From an uncultured Roseivirgaceae bacterium (GTDB lineage Bacteria; Bacteroidota; Bacteroidia; Cytophagales; Cyclobacteriaceae): a DNA stretch of 41,945 nucleotides. The DNA is taken from assembly GCA_964537165.1 (NCBI GenBank), contig CAZHZP010000001.1, positions 1 through 41,945 on the forward strand, written 5' to 3'. Positions 35,342 to 41,945 of the stretch are shown piece by piece. A model generated the notes under the pieces. The model saw only the letters and a list, made by a program, of their open reading frames with translations, made no database searches and was not told where the DNA came from. The position numbers and the translations under genes were made by a program. Each line of letters starts with the position of its first letter. Position 1 is the stretch's first letter.

Positions 35342-36436
35342 ATGGAATTCATCCTTAATACCAATACCATTTGGGATGCCCCTCCAAGGGCGAGACACCA
35401 GTTGGCCTATGCTCTTTCTGAAAAACAAATAAAGGTAACCTTTGTAGCTGGAAATGTTAAGGGTAAAGTCGGCACCGAAACTCTTAAAATTAACGACTAT
35501 CTGGATGTAATTATACCTTCCTTTCCCATCAGCAGCAGATTTAGATACAGGACCCCCTTGTTGAATGAGGGCTATCAACTGTGGCTGTATTCTCTGCTGA
35601 AGAAAAGAATGGAAAACAAAGATGTCTATGTGATTTGCTTTGACTTTGGCGGATATTTAGCAGGAAGGTTTTTCGATAAGACAATCTATTTTGCAAATGA
35701 TGATTACATCAACAACGTCCAAATTCCTGCCTTCTTAAAGTTGTACACGGTTTTCACCCAACGGCAGCTGATCATTTCGTCAAAATTCACCCTGGCTACA
35801 GCACAGAAACTGGTGTCAGATTTCTCAAAATATAATAAAAAGTCCTTTGAACTACCTTTGGGCGCACCAGATTACGAAATAAAAGTCGATAAGGAGGCTA
35901 TCTTAAGAAAAAAAGACGGTATTATAAAAATAGTCCTGTTAGGTTACCTTGACAAGGTAAAAACACCATTGCCTTTGCTGTTGAAGATCCTGGAGATGGA
36001 CAATGCGATGCTCTATTTGATTGGTCCGGTTAAAGATGATATTTTGGAACATTTACATCCCGCCAACAAGGTGGTTTCTTTAGGCACGCTTACTGGGGAA
36101 GATTTAATGGATGCCCTGTTACAAATGGATGTAGCCATAGCTCCTTATTATATGGAGGATTCAAATACAGGCCGAACTCCTAACAAAATGTGGCAGTATT
36201 TGGCGACCGGCAAACCTGCGGTAATCACTAATTTACCCAATGTTAAGCATTGGGTTTTTCCTGAGGGCACCGTTTATAAAGCCAATACTGAAGAACAGTT
36301 TATCGATATGATCAACAAAGCCTATCATGAGGATAACCCTGATTTAATAGAAGCAAGGATAGCCTTGGCTAAAAATAATTCATGGGGAAAAAGGGCGGAG
36401 CGGCTTTTAGACTATATTAAGGAGAATTTTAATTAA
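35342..36436 (+). CDS. glycosyltransferase, GT1/GT4-like (TuaH-like C-terminus)
   Basis: IVLLGYLDKVKT...LYLIGP and the EDSNTGRTPNKMWQYLATGKPAVITNLPNV motif, resembling teichuronic-acid-type GT-B enzymes. Confidence 0.6.
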   Translation: MEFILNTNTIWDAPPRARHQLAYALSEKQIKVTFVAGNVKGKVGTETLKINDYLDVIIPSFPISSRFRYRTPLLNEGYQLWLYSLLKKRMENKDVYVICFDFGGYLAGRFFDKTIYFANDDYINNVQIPAFLKLYTVFTQRQLIISSKFTLATAQKLVSDFSKYNKKSFELPLGAPDYEIKVDKEAILRKKDGIIKIVLLGYLDKVKTPLPLLLKILEMDNAMLYLIGPVKDDILEHLHPANKVVSLGTLTGEDLMDALLQMDVAIAPYYMEDSNTGRTPNKMWQYLATGKPAVITNLPNVKHWVFPEGTVYKANTEEQFIDMINKAYHEDNPDLIEARIALAKNNSWGKRAERLLDYIKENFN

Positions 36437-36550
36437 ACAATAAATTGTTATTTTGATTGGACAAGACATCGCCCAATCCTATCTAAAAATAAGGGCATTA
36501 CCAAATGAACTTCTTTTGGTATTTTGAATTTTATTGAGAACTATTATTGC

Positions 36551-36558
36551 TATATTTG
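36551..36558 (+). promoter_or_regulatory. internal -7 box TATATTTG
   Basis: Exact TAnnTTTG match 43 nt upstream of the ATG at 36601. It lies inside the TTG-extended ORF (36547), which argues against that extended start. No -33 TTG at the canonical 19-nt spacing. Confidence 0.3.
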
Positions 36559-36600
36559 TATGGTCAAGAAAGACTAAAAAAAGCATTCCTTAAAATTTTT

Positions 36601-37779
36601 ATGGTTGATAAAATTGAAAATTCATTTAATAAGTTAGCGGCTTATTGTGAAATGGAGAATTTTAAAGGATATGATCCTTACGACAGTCTAAACAGTAAAT
36701 TTTTTCGAAGCATTCCGATAGCTTCTAAAGCTCCTTTGGTTAGGTTAGCCTGGACGCAATTCTTTAAGAGATCGCCGGTTAATCTGCGGGCAATAGTGGG
36801 CGTTGAAAAAGAATATAATCCCAAGGCGTTGGGGTTGTTTCTTTCGGCGTATTGTCTTCTCTATAAAAAGCAACCTAGAGAAGACTATTTAGAAAAAATA
36901 AATTTTTTCTCCTCCCAACTCATTGCCATTCAGAACAGAAACTGGTCAGGCAGCTGCTGGGGATATAACTTTGATTGGCAGGCTAGGGCATTTTTTCAAC
37001 CTAAGAATACCCCTACTGTCGTGGCCTCTACTTTTATAGGCTGCGCTTTACTGGATGCTTATGAAATCACCGGCAAGCAAGAATTATGGGACACTGCTCG
37101 AAGCACCTGTGACTTTGTCCTGAAAGACTTAAACAGAACTTATGATGATAAAGAAAACTTCTCGTTTTCGTATTCTCCTCTGGATAAAAGTGTGGTTTTC
37201 AACGCATCGTTACTGGGATCAAGAATGCTTGCGAGGGTATACGGTTTTTCAAAAGAAAAGGAGCTAGAAGAAGCTGCAAGGAAGTCCGTGTCCTTTTGTT
37301 GCGAACACCAGAGAAAAAATGGGTCGTGGAGTTATGGAACGTATGAATTCCACCAATGGATCGACAACTTTCACACCGGATACAATTTAGAATGCTTAAC
37401 GGATTACATGAGCTTCACTGGTGATAAATCCTTCGAAAACAACTTAACTATGGGGTATGATTATTATATCTCCACATTTTTTACAGAGGAAGGCATCCCT
37501 AAATACTACAACAACAGTATCTACCCGATTGATATTCATGCCCCCACCCAATTGGTAATAACCTTATCAAAATTGGGCAAATTCCACGACGAGAAAGAAT
37601 TGCTGGAAAAAGTGATGAATTGGACCATAGATAACATGCAATCAGATCAGGGTTACTTCTACTACCAGATCAACAAGTATTTTACGTCTAAAATACCTTA
37701 CATGCGCTGGGCTCAAGCATGGATGTTTTACGCTTTGTGTACTTATTTAGTATCTAACGATCCGGATGAAAAGAATTGA
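36601..37779 (+). CDS. hypothetical protein with alpha/alpha-toroid-like helical repeats (possible polysaccharide- or sugar-modifying enzyme)
   Basis: Repeated helix-hairpin blocks (PKALGLFLSAYCLLYKK, VVASTFIGCALLDAYEITGK, FNASLLGSRMLARVYGFSKE, HTGYNLECLTDYMSFTGD, RWAQAWMFYALCTY) recall six-hairpin enzymes. I cannot assign a family. Start taken at the ATG at 36601 rather than the TTG at 36547. Confidence 0.55.
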   Translation: MVDKIENSFNKLAAYCEMENFKGYDPYDSLNSKFFRSIPIASKAPLVRLAWTQFFKRSPVNLRAIVGVEKEYNPKALGLFLSAYCLLYKKQPREDYLEKINFFSSQLIAIQNRNWSGSCWGYNFDWQARAFFQPKNTPTVVASTFIGCALLDAYEITGKQELWDTARSTCDFVLKDLNRTYDDKENFSFSYSPLDKSVVFNASLLGSRMLARVYGFSKEKELEEAARKSVSFCCEHQRKNGSWSYGTYEFHQWIDNFHTGYNLECLTDYMSFTGDKSFENNLTMGYDYYISTFFTEEGIPKYYNNSIYPIDIHAPTQLVITLSKLGKFHDEKELLEKVMNWTIDNMQSDQGYFYYQINKYFTSKIPYMRWAQAWMFYALCTYLVSNDPDEKN

Positions 37780-38506
37780 AATCTCCAACATTCCAGTGGA
37801 TGCATTGACCATGCAGCAAACACTCGATAGGATTCACCAGGCCATTGCCATAAAAAAACCCATTCATCATGTCGTCGTAAACGCGGCAAAAATTGTCGCC
37901 GCCCAAAAAGACAAAGCTTTAAGGGACTCAATCGTCAACTGTGATATAATAAATGCCGATGGTCAGGCTGTGGTGTGGGCCTCTTCCATTCTAAAAAAGC
38001 CGGTACCCGAACGTGTAGCAGGAATAGATCTTATGGAAAACCTTGTAGATTCTGCTTCTAAAAAAGGTTACAAGATTTTCTTCCTTGGTGCGAAAGAGAA
38101 GGTATTAAATGAGGTTATAGCAAAATATTCCAGCATGTATGGCCCTGAAATCATCGCCGGTTATAGAAACGGCTACTATAAAGAGGAGGAGGAAAGAGTG
38201 ATTGCACAACAAATCGCTGAATCAAATGCTGATATTTTGTTTGTGGCTATAAGTTCGCCAAAAAAAGAAATCTTCTTGGAATCCTATAAACACATCATTA
38301 AAACCCCATTTATCATGGGCGTGGGCGGAAGTTTTGACGTGGTATCCGGCGTGATTAAACGTGCCCCGGTTTGGATGCAAAAATGCGGACTAGAATGGCT
38401 ATTTAGAACCTTACAGGAACCTAGGAGAATGTGGAGAAGGTATCTTTACACCAACATTGCTTTTATTTATTTGGTGGCAAAAGAAAAGCTGAAACAAACA
38501 TTTTAG
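37766..38506 (+). CDS. WecB/TagA/CpsF-family glycosyltransferase (GT26)
   Basis: VVVNAAKIV...IINADGQAVVWASSIL...ERVAGIDLMENL...KIFFLGAKE...GVGGSFDVVSG...AP.WMQK.GLEWLFR...EPRRMWRRY are characteristic GT26 blocks. It overlaps the upstream gene by 14 nt. Confidence 0.9.
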   Translation: MKRIEISNIPVDALTMQQTLDRIHQAIAIKKPIHHVVVNAAKIVAAQKDKALRDSIVNCDIINADGQAVVWASSILKKPVPERVAGIDLMENLVDSASKKGYKIFFLGAKEKVLNEVIAKYSSMYGPEIIAGYRNGYYKEEEERVIAQQIAESNADILFVAISSPKKEIFLESYKHIIKTPFIMGVGGSFDVVSGVIKRAPVWMQKCGLEWLFRTLQEPRRMWRRYLYTNIAFIYLVAKEKLKQTF

Positions 38507-38745
38507 CTTCTTACCCTGAAAAATACTGCCAAGCTATAACTCCATAAAGACATAGCCGAAATCCACCTATTGATGAGACTATCATGCATCAAGCAAGTGA
38601 AAACACCCTCTCACAGCTAGCTTTTCGGGATCCTTACCTTAGGCCCTGGATCGAAAGCCAATCAAACACAGAATTCCAATGGGGAAGGAATGTAAGCGTC
38701 TAATTGCGGATCATTTAACTTTAAAGCTTGAACTATTATACGGAA

Positions 38746-40071
38746 ATGAAAATACCGAAGGTACTTATACTAATTCAACCTTTTAATCAAAACACTGGAG
38801 GCGGAATAACTTTGTCTAATTTATTCAGAGGCTGGCCAAAGGAAAATCTAGCAGTGTTGTGTCGCGGCTATGTCATTGATTCAAATACCCAAACCGATAT
38901 TTGTGATACCTACTATCAATTAGGTCATAAGGAACATATCCTAAAATTTCCCTTCAGTAAATTCGCGAGAAAGTACTATTCAGGCCTATTAAAAATCAAT
39001 AAGCGTCAAACCGGAAGCATTGATCCACGGAAACCATCCCTACGACAAAGGCTTTTAAATGATTATATCCAGCCGTTCCTTAAATGGGCTGGTGTTCAAA
39101 ATTTCATCTCGAAGATAGTCTTGTCCCAGGATTTGAAAGACTGGCTAGATGTATACCAGCCAGATATCATTTATGCCCAAGCTCAGGGGCGCGATACGAC
39201 TCTATTTTGCTCCGCAATTCAAGATTATGTAGGAAAGCCAATGGTTTTTCACATGATGGACGATTGGGTCCAACTCGAAAAGGAGGGCCTACTTGGTAGA
39301 TATTGGCATCCTAAAGTAGACCTTGAATTTAGACAAATGCTCAGCAAATGCAGTCTACACCTCAGCATCAGTGACGCGATGGCCATTGAATACAAAAGAC
39401 GCTATGGATATGAGTTCAAGACCTTTCACAATCCCACTGATCTAAATTTCTGGAGAAAGGGTCAAAAAAAAAGCTGGGAATTGGCAGCGCAACCGACGAT
39501 CCTTTACGCCGGAAGAACGGGATTGGGTATTGAAGAATCTCTCAAGATGATGGCAAAGGCTGTAACCCAACTTAACAAGGAACTAGACGTCTCGATAACC
39601 TTTATTCTTCAGGTAAACGAGAAACCTGATTGGATGGATAAATTTCCGTGCATTGAACATCGCAGTTTTGTAAAATATGAGAATCTTCCGCAGAAATTTG
39701 CCGAAGCTGATATTCTCTATTTACCCTACGATTTTTCTTCTAGTTCAGTAAAATACATAAAATATTCCATGCCGACCAAGGCCTCTGAATACATGATCAG
39801 CGGAACACCCATTTTAATTTTTGCACCTTTCGAAACAGCCATTGTACACTATGCACAGCAACATAATTGGGCGAAAGTAGTCACGGACAATAAGGAGAAT
39901 GCTTTAAAAACCGCCCTAAAGGAATTGATATTAAGTCAAGAAGAACGTGAGAACAGGGCCCAAACCGCCATACAATTAGCCGAAAGCAAACATGATGCAG
40001 TAAAAGTTAGAACAAATTTTAAAAGAGCTCTAACTTCTTTATTGGAAAAACCCATATCTTCACACTCATAA
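38746..40071 (+). CDS. glycosyltransferase-like protein (GT-B fold inferred)
   Basis: N-terminus MKIPKVLILIQPFNQNTGGGIT and C-terminal KYSMPTKASEYMISGTPILIFAP resemble GT-B enzymes. The ATG at 38746 is preferred over the TTG at 38728. It contains an A9 tract at 39464-39472. Confidence 0.55.
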   Translation: MKIPKVLILIQPFNQNTGGGITLSNLFRGWPKENLAVLCRGYVIDSNTQTDICDTYYQLGHKEHILKFPFSKFARKYYSGLLKINKRQTGSIDPRKPSLRQRLLNDYIQPFLKWAGVQNFISKIVLSQDLKDWLDVYQPDIIYAQAQGRDTTLFCSAIQDYVGKPMVFHMMDDWVQLEKEGLLGRYWHPKVDLEFRQMLSKCSLHLSISDAMAIEYKRRYGYEFKTFHNPTDLNFWRKGQKKSWELAAQPTILYAGRTGLGIEESLKMMAKAVTQLNKELDVSITFILQVNEKPDWMDKFPCIEHRSFVKYENLPQKFAEADILYLPYDFSSSSVKYIKYSMPTKASEYMISGTPILIFAPFETAIVHYAQQHNWAKVVTDNKENALKTALKELILSQEERENRAQTAIQLAESKHDAVKVRTNFKRALTSLLEKPISSHS

Positions 40072-40102
40072 GAATAAAAATTTTTAACCTAAATCCAAAT
40101 AC

Positions 40103-41206
40103 ATGAAGGTACTTTTAGTTAACCAGTATTCTATGGAGAATGCATATGATCTTTGGAAGAAAGGGGTGAGTGGCAGTCACCACGTGTGGGGTAAAATTGA
40201 ACTAGATAGAAGAGGAAAAGTAGAGATGATAATTTTTAAACACGTCAAATACCCCTTCCTGAACAGGATCGGAAATATTTTTAAAATTACTCATCTTGAC
40301 CAACAGATTCGAATTCTTTTCAATCTGAAACAGTTTGATATTTTATACGCTCCCTACTCTTCGGCCAATACCCGCTTATTGGTATTGTTAAAATGGCTGG
40401 GACTTTTTAAAAAACCCATAGTGGTTGCCATCCATCAGCCACTTATCAGTTCAACAAAATCCCGATGGACTGCGAATTTTTTTTCTAAGAAACTTCTCCT
40501 ACAATATGATGCGAGCATATTTCTGAGCGAGGCTTTGATGAAAAAGACCGTACAGCAGCTGCGGATACCCCGTCATGTAGAGAAAGAGAAATTTCACACA
40601 GCTCAATGGGGACCGGATGCGGCGTTTTATGAGAATGATGAACCAAATGTTCCTTTGCAAGACTGTGATTACTTTATCAGCGCAGGGCACACCGACAGAG
40701 ATTATGACACCTTGATTGAAGCGTTTAGGGACATCAACTATTCTCTCAGGATCTTTTGTACACAAAAATCCTTGCCCAGAACCACCGATATACCTCCTAA
40801 TGTCAGGATTGTTTCTACGGGGATTCCTTATTCTGAATTATTAAAGTGGTACAGGAATGCCCGAGCCATCTTGATCCCTTTAAAGTACCCAAAAGAAAAG
40901 GAGGGTTGTCAAGGAATGACCAGTATTCAAGACGTTATTGCCTTAGGTAAACCCACTATCATGACCCTTAACCGATCTCTTAATCTAGACGTTGAAAAAG
41001 AAGGCTTTGGGATCTTCGTTGAAATGGGAGATATTTTAGGTTGGAAAAATGCTATTAGCTTACTCATTCATGACACTTCCCTTCTTACAACCATGGCATC
41101 GTTGGCCCAAAAAACCTATGTCGAGAAGTTTAATTCCGAAATCTTTGCAGACAAACTTCAGGAAGTATTAGTGAAGGTCTACCATTCAAAGTGTTTAAAG
41201 TCATGA
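40103..41206 (+). CDS. glycosyltransferase-like protein (GT-B fold inferred)
   Basis: MKVLLVNQYS N-terminus and C-terminal ILIPLKYPKEKEGCQGMTSIQDVIALGKPTIMT (degenerate GT4-like motif). Confidence 0.55.
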   Translation: MKVLLVNQYSMENAYDLWKKGVSGSHHVWGKIELDRRGKVEMIIFKHVKYPFLNRIGNIFKITHLDQQIRILFNLKQFDILYAPYSSANTRLLVLLKWLGLFKKPIVVAIHQPLISSTKSRWTANFFSKKLLLQYDASIFLSEALMKKTVQQLRIPRHVEKEKFHTAQWGPDAAFYENDEPNVPLQDCDYFISAGHTDRDYDTLIEAFRDINYSLRIFCTQKSLPRTTDIPPNVRIVSTGIPYSELLKWYRNARAILIPLKYPKEKEGCQGMTSIQDVIALGKPTIMTLNRSLNLDVEKEGFGIFVEMGDILGWKNAISLLIHDTSLLTTMASLAQKTYVEKFNSEIFADKLQEVLVKVYHSKCLKS

Positions 41207-41945
41207 ATATACTCCCATATGATAATTTTCATTATGATGAAAAATCTCGCCATCAATTCCAACAATTAAATGAATCGCTATTTGTAGAAAGAGTATTTGG
41301 CCATCTTTCCACTATTATGGGTGAGTCTTTCTCGGACTATGATTTCCATGTTTTTTCCCACCACGGATCAGATCAATTCCCTTCCAGTATTGGGAATACA
41401 TCAGCTAGAAAAAAAGTTTTGTTGTTTTTGTCTGATGAATTAGGAACCGACCCGAAGCCGTATTCACATCATTATTATGCGGTATTTAAAACCTATATAG
41501 GCAATAATTCGAGTCAAAAGAATGTCTTCCCTATCCCTCTAGGGTACGTTAAAGACGTATCCCAATTCCCGGTCAAACCGATTGCGGAGCGATCCATCAA
41601 TGTGTTTTTCAGGGGCAACTTTAATTCGAACCGACTGGATTTTTATCGAAGTTTATCTTGGTGGAAATGGTTGATCCCTAAAAGGTTCGGTAAACATGCC
41701 AAGTTCTATAGATCCTTAATGCTACGCTTCAAAAAGGATTTTAGCAAATGTTTTCCTTCCTCTGTTATCATCCTAAATGACGGCTTTAAGAAGGGTTACT
41801 CTCCCCAAGAATATGGCAAAGTATTATCGGAGAGCAAAATTGTTCTTTGCCCCAAAGGATATGATATGGCAGAAAGCTTCCGGCATTTTGAATCTATGAG
41901 AGCCGGCTGCATCGTCATATCCGAGCAACTACCTGATACTGAGTT
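41203..41945 (+). CDS. exostosin-like (GT47-type) glycosyltransferase, 5' part; continues beyond the right edge
   Basis: Not in the ORF track because it has no stop in the window. The ATG at 41203 overlaps the upstream TGA (ATGA). The translation ends ...SKIVLCPKGYDMAESFRHFESMRAGCIVISEQLPDTE, resembling the exostosin-family C-terminal motif (C-x-P-x-G ... R-x-x-E-x-x-x-x-G-C-I-P-V). Confidence 0.6.
   Translation, partial: MNILPYDNFHYDEKSRHQFQQLNESLFVERVFGHLSTIMGESFSDYDFHVFSHHGSDQFPSSIGNTSARKKVLLFLSDELGTDPKPYSHHYYAVFKTYIGNNSSQKNVFPIPLGYVKDVSQFPVKPIAERSINVFFRGNFNSNRLDFYRSLSWWKWLIPKRFGKHAKFYRSLMLRFKKDFSKCFPSSVIILNDGFKKGYSPQEYGKVLSESKIVLCPKGYDMAESFRHFESMRAGCIVISEQLPDTE

Noticed and set aside
1-41945. 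Window-wide look for CRISPR arrays, tRNA/rRNA genes, IS elements, integrases, prophage genes, toxin-antitoxin pairs and known defence systems
   Set aside because: No regularly spaced repeats, no cloverleaf-like or rRNA-like segments in the intergenic gaps, and no protein with transposase, integrase, phage or defence-system signatures could be recognised by eye.

Overview
This 41.9-kb chromosomal window looks like a Bacteroidota genome, probably Cytophagia/Cyclobacteriaceae-like. That placement is inferred from protein families, lipoprotein signals and TAnnTTTG-type -7 promoter boxes, and cannot be verified here. The window has two parts. (1) Positions 1 to about 20.3 kb hold ordinary core genes in mixed orientation: the 5' end of a cbb3 oxidase operon (ccoI-ccoS-ccoN; ccoN runs off the left edge and is missing from the supplied ORF track), an FNR-type regulator operon, a DUF1080 lipoprotein, an amidohydrolase, a ComEA-like protein, hemA, an ECF sigma factor, metK, lspA, ileS and purK-purE. 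(2) From about 20.4 kb to 41.9 kb the sequence is visibly more AT-rich. A methyltransferase, a DUF3127 protein and ytxJ are followed by one co-directional, tightly packed Wzx/Wzy-dependent polysaccharide locus running from 22.6 kb past the right edge. It encodes an initiating phosphoglycosyl transferase, Wza, Wzc, Wzx, a Wzy-like polymerase, eight further glycosyltransferase-like ORFs (GT4-like, GT26, exostosin-like), a fused two-domain oxidoreductase and a toroid-repeat-like protein of unknown function. I found no rRNA, tRNA, CRISPR array, transposase/integrase, prophage or recognisable defence or toxin system. The candidates for something undescribed are modest. They are the uncharacterised tailoring module and fold-level-only glycosyltransferases of the polysaccharide locus, a shared FNR-type palindrome that ties an unknown 218-aa protein to the cco operon, and a long wobble-supported hairpin in a GC-rich island upstream of ytxJ. 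All functional calls come from motif recognition by eye; no database search was possible. Several genes appear to use GTG/TTG starts (ileS, purK, the DUF1080 gene, wzx, wzy-like, the 218-aa ORF), so 5' ends are approximate.
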